A stretch of DNA of 64,000 bases from Styela clava (taxonomy: Eukaryota): NCBI RefSeq assembly GCF_964204865.1, contig NC_135259.1, positions 16,430,001 through 16,494,000 of the forward strand, given 5' to 3'. This document shows, piece after piece, positions 1 through 10,648 of this stretch (within the stretch, counting starts at the first letter, position 1; each line of letters starts with the position of its first letter). Position numbers and translations under genes: made by a program. The notes beneath the pieces were generated by a model that searched no databases, was not told the origin of the DNA, and saw only the letters and a list, made by a program, of their open reading frames with translations.

Positions 1-2
1 TT

Positions 3-3000
3 CGAGTTTTCATTGCGTAATTTTAAACACATATCAAAGAAATTAACATCTACGACGCAGGCATAATCGTAAACTAGATCAACGTAGGACATATTTTGTT
101 GATCCGTGATGTATACTTTAGCTTCATCAATGATAATATTCAAAGCTGACATGGGTGCCCCTGCAACAATATTTGAAGACAAAGAAAATGATGTTGCGGT
201 AACAACAGCGCTCACTGGAGGAAACATGTTTACTGGTCTATATATTGCTGCAGAGTTTTTGACATTAAGATGAATTTCTGTGATAAAAGAAGGAGGTTTG
301 TATCCCAAAACTTGGTCATCTGTTGCATCTACTAAATCCATTATTTGTTCCAGCCAGCTTTGTCCTGGTTTTGTGAATCTGTGATGTAGTGTGACACCGT
401 TGATTCCAGCAGCCAGAAGGCATTGTTTCAATGGCCGGGCTTCTTCCGTTTGAAGCTTTATCGCTAAAACTATCATATTCTGTGTTTCTTGATTTTGTTT
501 TCCACTGAATGTGCTTGAAATTCCCTCTTCACAATTCGTTAAAACTTTGTCCAAATGAGTTGGTGCATCTGCAGTCAACCTTTCAACAGGAGGAAGAGCA
601 GCACCTAATGTTGGAACATCAGCTTTATGAAAAAGACTGAAATTTTTTATTTGTATACATACATAGTCAAGCAAAGGATTTCCACAATAACTGGCAACAT
701 TGAAAATATTTGCATCTTTCAACATAACCACGACTTCACCGTGTACGGAGTTAGATACAGACCCATCTGGGCAAATATAGTTACACTTCGCAGATAATCG
801 GCCACATCCTATATAAGTATTGATAGAGATGAGGCTCTGTTTTCCAACTGACATTCCGTTTTCATTGACTGACTTGACAGTTCGCCTTGAAGCTCCAAGT
901 AAAGAAGCTCTGCAGTAATTTGTACTTGTGTCATCAGAATCTGAACAAGAGCTTGACATGTTTTCATCAATTTCATCACTGTTCACCAACAGCTGACTTG
1001 CGATATCTAAACCCTTATCAGGGATTTGAAAAGTGCTTCCTGATAGATATGACACTGATCTAGAATCATACAAATTCTTTGATTTTCCGTGAGGTCTAGG
1101 AGCAGCCGGAGCCCACAGTAAAATGTCGTTATTGATCCGATTATATAAGTTTTCAAAAAATGGTTTTGAGACAAGAAAAGCATTTACTGCGGGAAGCTGA
1201 ATAGAGATTGAAATGAGAGATGTTGAAATTGCATGATCAGAAAACGCAGAAATTTCAGACGAATCTCCAGGAAGAATCATTTCTTCACTGTTGTACATAA
1301 CTTTACGCTTCGAAAATGGTGAAGGGTTTGCATCAGAAGAGCTATTATGTGAGCCAGACATGAATTCTTCATCCAACCAAGGGTCCTCAGAATTTTCAAA
1401 CTTCTTTTTAGTTGGTGATGGTTGCTCTGTTAAAGTTGTGTTACCTTGTAGAAGAACGTTGTTGCTTTCTTCATGACTTGGGTTTATTGTTACTTTAATA
1501 TGTGGATAATCCATCCCACTGTTTGCATCAACATGACCTCCTAAGGGTCCGATCACAGATGGACTTTGACTAATGCGTAGAAATGATTTAGGTCTCTCTG
1601 GTTCATCTGAGTAAAGAACGTGTAAATCCTTTACTGTGATTTCGAATTCCTGTCGTTGCTGTGAGCTAGATGAGCTATGCGTTTGCCATTTCTGTCCAGA
1701 ACGAGATCCTACTTGTCCACCTGATCCAAGCGAAGAAGTTAGGAAAGCAATGTCATGAGCTTCAAGAATAAGTGTTTCATCTCGTAATGAACGATTGTAC
1801 CATGGTCGTCGCTCCATTTCCGGTCTCAAATCTGCGATTGGAAATCGGAAATTGATTTTCAAAAATGATGCAGAGATGTTCAAATTTAATTGACGATCCT
1901 TATTATCCTCTGAAAGAGCTTCATTGAAAGCTGCTTGTTGGCTGTAAGCATCAGGAAGACTGTGAGCATAGCTTGTAGGTGAGAACATACTTGCGGCATT
2001 AGATTGTGCTTTCGTTATTGAATCAGGGGGATAAAGCAGTGTGCTCAATCGATCTACAATGCTAATATCAACTTCAGATTCACAAGCAGAGAGATGAACA
2101 TGCAATGTTGTTTTAGAAGATCGATGACTATCAAAATTATTTATACTAATCTTGATATCAGGTGACATTTCCGATTGTGCTGTTTTCACCAAACCACCGG
2201 CATAAGGTTTAGGATCGAACACCAGAATTTCAGAATGAACAGAAACCTTTTTCTTTAGCACTGGAGAGCTTTTCGTTTTCCCACTTTTTAAAGAAGATTT
2301 TCTGGGAGCATCAATAAACAAACATTCAGTAATTTCAGCTTTACCAAATGAAAGTTCACTGCTGGATGTTTGAGATGTTTTTTGCTCACTGTCAAGATGT
2401 ATATGTGCTGCTGTGAAACGAAGATGATCATGTGGACAACACACTGAAGCTAAATCACTTCTTAAAGTGTTTATATTTTTGTTGGCTTTGAGCGTTTCGT
2501 CAAGGAGGGTTTCACACAATGCATAATACTTATTTGACATTTCAACATGGCAGTTTGTAACACTTGTATTAGAAGAATCAACGTTGCTCTCTAAACTTGG
2601 CTGAGGTGTTAAGGACGAATCGACTTTATGGGAATGTGTGGGCGACGCTGATGGCGGCAGAGGATTTATATGAAGTACCGTGACTGCCATTGCTCTGATA
2701 TGAAACTGATAATGACAATGGTTCGATGTTGTTTTATCTTCTTCACTGCGACTTGAGTGATGCCGTCTCAGACCATGTGGAGATGTACCATAACCATTGT
2801 ATTTTGACTGGGCATGTTCTGTGCCAAAATGGTGATGGCCTCCACCCATTACTTTCGACGAAGGGTGCATGGGTGTCATTCTAGAACGGTTAGTATAGGC
2901 AGATGATGGCGTAAAACCTGTTGATTGACTATAAATTGAAGTCCCATATTCACTGTTTTCATACTCTGCTGCTTCTTGGGGAACATGTGAATACAATTTT

Positions 3001-4337
3001 GAACCTTCCATCGAAAAGAACTGATCTCCTTCATCAATATCTTGATAAGGCGGATTCGCCAAATAAAGATCTTCATTTCTTTGTCGATTACGTTTTCTTA
3101 ATTCTTCTCTGTCTTTATCCGACGGTGAGGTCATTGCATTTGTAGGTGATAATTTTATCCCATCATGGCATGTTGCGAAATTATTTGTCTGCATTGATAG
3201 AAATTCATCTCTTTGGGGGTCGGGACTTACTGAAACAGGAGTAGCAATTCCACTTGCAAATTCCGCTAATAGATGGACTTGGTGTGGTGTAAGGAACATA
3301 CTGCAGGATCCAAAAAAACATTCAGCATCAAGTTTCGGTGCAGATACATGTTCACTTTGCCGAATACGAAGTTTAACCTCTTGCCAGCCAAAAAATTTTC
3401 CAATTACAACTGGGCCATCGTATTTAGTTTCCTTCTGAGGCTTATCTAGTCTCTCCTCTATGATTTTCATCGTTTCAAACTCAGTGTGCGATATGTCAAT
3501 TGGTTCTGTACCTCGTGCTTCTGGGCTGCCAGTTGACCCAGGTGGAGTTGTTCTCAACTGCTCTGGAAATTCATCCATAAGTATTTTGATACCAGTGGCT
3601 CGAAAATGCTTGCATGTAATACTCTCCTGTTGGTAAACAGTTTTTTTGTCGCCAGTGTGTTGAGGTTTCTTCTCGTGCGCTGGGGAAGAGTCATTCTTGT
3701 CCTCCATTGTAATTTCGTCAAAATATTCAATACGCTCTATATGAACTTCAAGACCAATACCCGTTCCAGAATTTTCCGGCAAATGTTCAACGCGAATCAC
3801 CATATCTGTTAATGAAACCTTAATTTTTGATAGAACAGTTTCAATAGTTTGCGCAAAAACTTCAAGTCCCTCAAAAAGTCCTCCAGCAGATGTGTCTTGA
3901 GCTTCATCTTCTTCTTCTTTGAGGCAACCTTCAGCAAGTTGCATTGATGTTGTCATATTCCCAAGGCTTTTATACAAAGAATCAGTCATATTTCCATGAT
4001 CTACGTCAGTGCGATACTTCGGTTGAAGCGTCACTTCCAACCCCTTGATTTCAACTTTACAATTGTCACTCAGTAATGCAGACCATGGGATTGTGACGAC
4101 GATTGATCCAATAAAACCATCTACAATTTCCATAGGCACATGAGCCTGGTCTAACATTCCATTTAAAGCCCATATATCGAGTGCAACATCATTTACATAT
4201 CCAGTTCCGTTATATAAATCCACACTGAGCTGGTCTAAGCGAAGTTTCTCCTGCAGGAATTGTCCAAGATAGTGCTGTAATAAATATCGGCATGCTCGCT
4301 TTTTTATTGATTCAGGCCATGAAGTAAACCACGGCAT
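3..4337 (-). CDS. ATG2: Autophagy-related protein 2 (ATG2), N-terminal ~1445 codons; continues off the window edge
   Basis: The reverse complement from 4337 reads MPWFTSWPESIKKRACRYLLQHYLGQFLQEKLRLDQLSVDLYNGTG, the chorein-N start of ATG2A/B. Sequence at 1-300 reads in the same frame as ATG2-like ITEIHLNV..YRP..SFSLSSNIV..LNIIIDEA..DYACVVD. It is absent from the ORF track, consistent with no stop inside the window. Confidence 0.95.
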   Translation of the reverse strand, partial: MPWFTSWPESIKKRACRYLLQHYLGQFLQEKLRLDQLSVDLYNGTGYVNDVALDIWALNGMLDQAHVPMEIVDGFIGSIVVTIPWSALLSDNCKVEIKGLEVTLQPKYRTDVDHGNMTDSLYKSLGNMTTSMQLAEGCLKEEEDEAQDTSAGGLFEGLEVFAQTIETVLSKIKVSLTDMVIRVEHLPENSGTGIGLEVHIERIEYFDEITMEDKNDSSPAHEKKPQHTGDKKTVYQQESITCKHFRATGIKILMDEFPEQLRTTPPGSTGSPEARGTEPIDISHTEFETMKIIEERLDKPQKETKYDGPVVIGKFFGWQEVKLRIRQSEHVSAPKLDAECFFGSCSMFLTPHQVHLLAEFASGIATPVSVSPDPQRDEFLSMQTNNFATCHDGIKLSPTNAMTSPSDKDREELRKRNRQRNEDLYLANPPYQDIDEGDQFFSMEGSKLYSHVPQEAAEYENSEYGTSIYSQSTGFTPSSAYTNRSRMTPMHPSSKVMGGGHHHFGTEHAQSKYNGYGTSPHGLRRHHSSRSEEDKTTSNHCHYQFHIRAMAVTVLHINPLPPSASPTHSHKVDSSLTPQPSLESNVDSSNTSVTNCHVEMSNKYYALCETLLDETLKANKNINTLRSDLASVCCPHDHLRFTAAHIHLDSEQKTSQTSSSELSFGKAEITECLFIDAPRKSSLKSGKTKSSPVLKKKVSVHSEILVFDPKPYAGGLVKTAQSEMSPDIKISINNFDSHRSSKTTLHVHLSACESEVDISIVDRLSTLLYPPDSITKAQSNAASMFSPTSYAHSLPDAYSQQAAFNEALSEDNKDRQLNLNISASFLKINFRFPIADLRPEMERRPWYNRSLRDETLILEAHDIAFLTSSLGSGGQVGSRSGQKWQTHSSSSSQQRQEFEITVKDLHVLYSDEPERPKSFLRISQSPSVIGPLGGHVDANSGMDYPHIKVTINPSHEESNNVLLQGNTTLTEQPSPTKKKFENSEDPWLDEEFMSGSHNSSSDANPSPFSKRKVMYNSEEMILPGDSSEISAFSDHAISTSLISISIQLPAVNAFLVSKPFFENLYNRINNDILLWAPAAPRPHGKSKNLYDSRSVSYLSGSTFQIPDKGLDIASQLLVNSDEIDENMSSSCSDSDDTSTNYCRASLLGASRRTVKSVNENGMSVGKQSLISINTYIGCGRLSAKCNYICPDGSVSNSVHGEVVVMLKDANIFNVASYCGNPLLDYVCIQIKNFSLFHKADVPTLGAALPPVERLTADAPTHLDKVLTNCEEGISSTFSGKQNQETQNMIVLAIKLQTEEARPLKQCLLAAGINGVTLHHRFTKPGQSWLEQIMDLVDATDDQVLGYKPPSFITEIHLNVKNSAAIYRPVNMFPPVSAVVTATSFSLSSNIVAGAPMSALNIIIDEAKVYITDQQNMSYVDLVYDYACVVDVNFFDMCLKLRNENS

Positions 4338-5683
4338 TGTGTCTCTTTTATCTCTCTTTATAGCATAAATAAAATAGTAGTTAATCAATGTACTTAAGAA
4401 GCTGGATTCTGGAAAAGCAAAAACATTTTAGGATAGCAGCAAAAATCTGCAAACAAATCATTTCAATGGCAGTGATTTGAATAACTCATGTTGAATATTA
4501 TTATAAAACTAGTTGATAAACTGTAGTATAGTGAAGCAGCACAACCAAGAGTTATATCATAATTAGATGAACATACTAATATTACAGTAACAAAAAACAG
4601 GAAGTAAGATATAGTATTATAAGCAGTTTCTTTTTGATTGAGTCCATAATCATTAATAATCAGTATAAAGGCAACAAGTGAATGATAAAAACATATGGTG
4701 AGTAGCATTAAAAAGCATGCCAGGAAAGCAAACAAAGTTTGTAATAGAAAATTCTTTCAGATAATTGGTATCATTAGAAGAAGCATGAGAGTTTGAACAA
4801 AAACATGTCTATTCTCTCGCATGCGCAATTCAAAAAATAAGAATAAAAACGCTATCTTATTGAAAATAGTTCGACTGATTTGCAATATCTTACAGGGATT
4901 TTCATATATATATATATGTGCATATATATCAATATATACCTTATATATGAAGAATATCTGTAGTGTTCAATTAATACAACAGTTCGAATAATAAGCTTCT
5001 CCATGAAAAATATTTATATTTCAGTGTAACACTTTTATATGAACATGCAAATAGCATACAATTACTCCCTGCATCTGGAAGACTGAAATTTTGTTACCCA
5101 GTAGAAAATATACCATAATAAATTAGTTACTCTTCACTAAACGATATACAAGTACAAAAGTCTAACAACAGGAGTTATGCCAACACTTTATATCTGTGTA
5201 AAATACATACCAAACTAATTTTTAAAAAATTAAAATTTATAACAAAACAGTTTCAATTTAGTCCAATCGCATATTACAATTTTTCTCTATCCAATTGATA
5301 GTTCTCTCCCCGAAAATAAGGAAATATTCAAAATGAGAGTCGCTGTTTATACACAACCTCGTTGGAGTAAAAAACAGGTAAAATTGATGACAGAAAATTC
5401 GGACTATATGAAATCTTTTCTCATATCTATATTCCTTATACTATAAAACAATTGAAATAAACTCCTAACTATCCTACCATCTTTAGCTTGATTAAGTTGA
5501 TCAATTCAAAATGTCCAAAAAAACATATAGCCTGAGGGCATAAAACATCCAGACAAAATAAATCACAATAATCGCAGTAGTTATTTCTTTATGTAACTGT
5601 CTTTTATCTACATTGAAACTATCTTCACATTATTTAAATTACTCATTTAGTACAAGAGTAACTTATTGACAATATATTTGGAT

Positions 5684-6720
5684 TAGGGTTGCCACTTCTG
5701 GATACATTTTTTTTTCGAATCGAATCTCAAATCAAAAATTTTTGAATTGAATCTTTCCGAATCTGATTCCATTATTTTTTTTTATTTTTTTATTGCATGC
5801 GTATTTTTGCTCAAAGTCACAAAAAAGCTCAAATCTAGATGAGTAAAACTAAAAAATGGAATAAGCTATATAGCAAAGATGATAAGGGTTTTTCAGTGAA
5901 TAAGCCACACTCATTTCCATCATGATAAATGCATTGATGAAAAACTTGCTGTTGCAACTTATCTGTGAGTCTTACAATACTGAGTTATTATTGTGTTATA
6001 CTTGTATCAGGACTGAGGCAATTTTGAGAAAAACAATGTCCGTTATGGTTATGACATTTGCTAGAAAGAATTCGAAATGTTTTATTCCCGCTTGTATCGC
6101 GCTAACAAAATTAAAATTAAATACTACTTTTTTTGTAACAGCTGAAAAAAGACGTGTATGTACTATTACATTATGTCCTTCTGATTTCGTTTACCGCCAT
6201 TCGAGTGGAAGCCTGACAATTGCAAACAAAACAAATACATATTTTAGGATGAGAAACATGATTGTCAATTAACATTGCCGGCCGATGATTCAGTAATAGT
6301 TGTACGCGAAATATTTCAATCAGAGCAAAGTTTAAATTAAATTTCAATCAAAATTAAATATTATCTAGACGTCGGTAGCTGATTCTTTATCCAATCATGC
6401 CAGGGCGCACAATAACTTAGTCGCAGCGCAGGTGTGCTTTTGAAAATTTTCATCAAAATTGTCACAAATTTTTAGGTATACGATCTATTTAAATTCGCGC
6501 ATAATAGAAACTTAGGCTATTTAGTAGAAACTGAACGTGCAGTTTGGTGGAAATTACGCCACACATCATCTCGAGTGAAGCGTAAACGAGTGTGTTGTGC
6601 CGAACTTGAAACAAATGACGGCAGATAAGTAGAAAAAGTCAATCACGAAATCCTAAAACCGATTCGGAAAAGATGCGATTCGAATCGATCCGATTCGTAA
6701 ATCCAAAAGTGGCATCCCTA
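5684..6720. mobile_element. Non-autonomous hAT DNA transposon (1037 bp)
   Basis: 20-bp TIRs TAGGGTTGCCACTTCTGGAT / TAGGGATGCCACTTTTGGAT (18/20). Perfect 8-bp TSD ATTTGGAT at 5676-5683 and 6721-6728. Subterminal GAATC/GATTC motifs. Confidence 0.9.
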
Positions 6721-6884
6721 ATTTGGATGTTAATTATAATATATAAAAACCTAAGCTTATCCTGTTATAGTAGGCACAATACAAAAATGTAATGAAACAA
6801 AAACATTGTAAACAACAAAAATGCATAGAATTTAATGATATATTTTTTGAGAAAAATTTTGCGAATGAAAACTGAAATTTTTTT

Positions 6885-7775
6885 TCAATCAGTTGGTGGC
6901 CGAAATGAAACCATATCTGAAAGAATTACATTAAACATATTACCAGAATGTGTAGCTAAAGAAGAGTGACGCCAAAGAAATTCAGCAAAATACCCAGCTA
7001 GCTTCTTCCTCTTGTTCTTTGCCTTTGCAGGGTGCCACAGAAGTTCAATATGTTTGGTATGGTCTTTACTGCAAGGATCCACAAAATTATAGCCCGCTTC
7101 TAATATCAGGTGTTGGGATTCTGAAATTTCTTCAGGTGATTCATCCTGAATGGCCCGAAACGCACTCCAGTCTTCAGTAAATATTATCGTTTCAGGGTGT
7201 ATGTAATCAATTATTGGTGGAATTACAGTACTTTGTGTATCATCTGTAACTGATACCATGAATACTTCCTTGGTTTCGATACAAATTCCTCCAAACACCC
7301 ATTGTTGTGGAAGAACTCGACCAACATGGTTTTTCCTCTTTGCGAAGTATACTTTATCTATTTCCACATGCTTATCTGGACCTCCGATAGTAACAGGATT
7401 TCTTAAAAGTTTCCAAAGACACACTTCTCCCATGTATCTATTCCAGTCAGTTATTATGTCTTTTTTCATTCCAAGTTCTGATTTACAATATTTTGCGGAA
7501 GCCAATCCACATGACCACGAAAAAATAAAGCGAATTAAATCTCCATATGGCAGCCTTGAACTAGCAAGCCAATTATCTGTTCGCACTCCTTTTTCTTTTC
7601 TACAGTTTCTTTTAGAGCAACGCCATCGATTCTTGTTTCCTCCTCCGAAAACTAGCTTCATTGAGTGTCCATTCGCACATTTTCGTTTCAACTGCAGTAT
7701 TCCAACCTCTTGTAAATATTTGATGCATTTCTCTTCATTGTCAAGTTTAGGAATAAGCATTTTTAAACTTTCCAT
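6885..7775 (-). CDS. Merlin/IS1595 (ISXO2-like) transposase-derived protein, 296 aa, probably domesticated or catalytically impaired
   Basis: N-terminal zinc ribbon (CANGH..WRCSKRNC) and motifs VEID, QWVFGG, NFVDP, HT..IE..W and Y..EFLWR typical of DDE_Tnp_IS1595/Merlin. First ATG is at 7775; the ORF-track start is a GTG preceded by TAA. No TIRs found next to it. Confidence 0.85.
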   Translation of the reverse strand: MESLKMLIPKLDNEEKCIKYLQEVGILQLKRKCANGHSMKLVFGGGNKNRWRCSKRNCRKEKGVRTDNWLASSRLPYGDLIRFIFSWSCGLASAKYCKSELGMKKDIITDWNRYMGEVCLWKLLRNPVTIGGPDKHVEIDKVYFAKRKNHVGRVLPQQWVFGGICIETKEVFMVSVTDDTQSTVIPPIIDYIHPETIIFTEDWSAFRAIQDESPEEISESQHLILEAGYNFVDPCSKDHTKHIELLWHPAKAKNKRKKLAGYFAEFLWRHSSLATHSGNMFNVILSDMVSFRPPTD

Positions 7776-8228
7776 TGTAATACTCTTGTTTTCTCGAAAA
7801 AATAACACTTATTGGAAATATTACCAGATGATGGGGGCTGTAGAGATGAGGCAATTTAAAAGCAGATAGAAGATTGACAAAATATATTATGAGACAATCA
7901 CAGACTCACAGTGTCAGCTGTTTTTGTACAGTAAATCATATAGCTGTATAGCCTACCAGTATACGGACCTAAGCTTCATAGGTCGAAGATTCCAGTTGTT
8001 CCAGTATTAAAATGATTTAGGCAGTTAGGGCACTACTTACTAAATTTTTCGGTAGACTCTATGACTTCTATTTAGGGGTGAGCTAAAAGGGTTCGGAACC
8101 TCTATTTTTGACATGTAAAAAAGGGTATTTTTCTGTATCATAAAAAGCAATTTTCATAGCTTTTTAGACACTCCTGAAGACTCTTGAAAATGAAAACCCA
8201 AGTTTTTCGGCCTGTGGTCTGACCTGCT

Positions 8229-9061
8229 AGGGTGGCTTACCCACTTTGCGGCCACGACCTATTTGCGACCATCAACTTCATCGATTAAATTAATGATGAA
8301 AAAATTAACAAACCGTGACGATATTTCTCACGCGTTATTTTCCACTTATCCCTCATAGTTCTGCGAAATTACACTAAAATGCAGCCACAAACAAAAAGTT
8401 ACGACCGAAAACCAGACCGAAGAAAAAAAAAGGACCACTTTTTCAGGTCGCCAACTACCCATTGTTCCTTTAAAAAAGCTTGAAAATTCATACAAATATA
8501 AGAGATAAAGAGATGAAACTTGGCAGGTGGGTAGAGTTGTGTTTCTTTTAACCATCTTTAAAGTTTCGCGTTTCTACATTTGAAGGAGGGGGAATAGGGG
8601 GGTGCGCATTTCCAATACGTCGATAATATCTTTGTCCACCAATTTGCGACCACCGTGTTTTTGTCTGTTTGATTGCTGTGATGCGGTGCTTTGTTTATAA
8701 TTTAACGAGTTTTGTTCGAAATAACCGCGGTCTCAAAATATATGACGGTCAGAAATGCAATTAGAAGCCTATTTTTTTCACGCATGGCTGCGTATGCCGT
8801 AGTCTCGACGCAGCAGAAACGATGTTCAAGGCTTGAAATCAGTGGTCGCACACTGGTCGTTCGGTCACGAATACGTCTTCAGAGTGTTGTACGTTGGCGG
8901 TTTGTATAGCTTTAACCCCTGGTCGTAGAAAGTTAATTCGAGGTTTGACACATAGAATAAATGCCAATGCACCTACGGTAAAAATTAACGGGTTCGAAAT
9001 ATTGGTTTTTGTTTTATAGCGGTTTGAATGAAATCGTCCGCAGACTGGCTACACCACCCTA
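8229..9061. mobile_element. Probable old non-autonomous DNA transposon with imperfect TIRs
   Basis: TAGGGTGGCTTACCCACTTTGCGG at the left end versus reverse complement TAGGGTGGTGTAGCCAGTCTGCGG at the right end. TSD not clearly resolved. Confidence 0.4.
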
Positions 9062-9786
9062 GCTGTTACAGTTAAATTTGGCGATTAGAAATGTCAGAAC
9101 CCCCCTTTCAGCCTTTGAAAATTACTGGCTACGACCCAGCTTCTAGTTATTATTTAATTAAGGACTGCCAGTGCCGATACCTATCTGCCTTCGTTAGACT
9201 GGTCGACTAATCACAAAAGTACATAGGCTATTACAGTATTATGAAACCGTTTTACCAGATTGAGAGATTAAGCTAGCCCTGTGCCCTGCCGAAATCAATT
9301 AGGTACCGTACACCCTACCATATTTAATGTACGGTACAAATTGTATTTCAATTCTGTATTTCAGTAATTGTATTCTACAGACAGACAAACAGTTAGAGAA
9401 CTGGCTACACTACAACAGCACCCGAATACAGAGTCCTGGTACCGTACGTTTATGAATCAAAATTTTAAAAACAAAATAAAAAGCGTGAAGACTAAAAGTA
9501 GGTACGGTAATTTATATGCCTCCTTTCTGCCTTCTGAAAACTGAGTTACAGTGACCAGTCGAATTTTGAGATTTGAAATTTAGGGTTTTATAATGCTCCT
9601 ACCAATACAATAACTGACACTCAAAACGAAATACTGTGTGTGGCTGTGGCCAAAACAACAAAGGCAACAAAGCCATAAACTCCCACGCAACACAAGATAA
9701 CGCCACCTAAAAGCCTGACCTAAAACAGTAAAAGCCTGACGTCGCTGTCTTCTTTTTGTTGTCATTTCCCATTAATCAAAATTCAT

Positions 9787-9880
9787 ACCCGCCATTTTGT
9801 AGAAGACCATCGTTAAATGATACTGACACCAATGACGTTGTTTAATTCATTGCTGACACACACTACGTGACAAGTAGTTG
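9787..9880 (-). promoter_or_regulatory. Putative promoter/first exon of a minus-strand transcript
   Basis: YY1-like AAAATGGCGG (9789-9798) is followed immediately by a splice donor GTATGA (9788). Downstream polypyrimidine-AG acceptors lie at 7838 and 4409. Confidence 0.4.
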
Positions 9881-10648
9881 ACGTTACCTAACTTTACCAT
9901 AAAATACGTTTAACGGATAATAGCATTCCAGAGGCAAGTTGGCTAGTTTTTGATTTTATGAAACATTTTTGGACTGTTATGCTAATTTTATTTTTTCATT
10001 TCGTTCGTTTTTTGATAAGATGTAGTTTTCCATTTACTTCACAGTTTTTCGCGCTATACATCGCTATGCGTTGTTATCTACGACTTTGATCGTCATTTTT
10101 TTAGTTTCATATTCGCCTTGTCACTAGATTAGGTCCGATTCCGAATTGACAAAAAATTCATGACCCGAATGTGTCAATAATAAATTAGCTCCGAATTCCA
10201 AATTAAAAATGTGACTCGTTACTCATATTTCTGGTGATCTCATCTTGTGTCCTGGCATAGCCATTATATAACTAGTCTGGAAGCTTTAGCTTTCTTGCAT
10301 GACACCGAGTTGTTGACAGCGACATCTGGTGTTAGCGTGGGTTTTACACCTCTGTCGTCCGCTGGACAATCGAATCATACAGGCGTTGTTGGATTTTTTA
10401 CAGGGTATGTTTACAGATTTGAAGTTGCGCGAAGTTGACAAGATATAGAAAACTGAAAATAAAAATGCATAATATTATTATAAAATATGAATATATACCG
10501 TATATGCAGGAAAGGCAGTTCAGAATCCTATCGTAAGCCACTGCGATACAGGTACCGGTACCGGTACCGTAGTACCGTACCGGTGCTGTCAATTTTTAAT
10601 CACTTTTACGCCAGTAATTTGCTTTTCAGGTAAGTTACAGATTTAATT

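Noticed and set aside
7258-7869. 203-aa plus-strand ORF
   Set aside because: Antisense shadow of the Merlin-derived ORF; no recognisable motifs.
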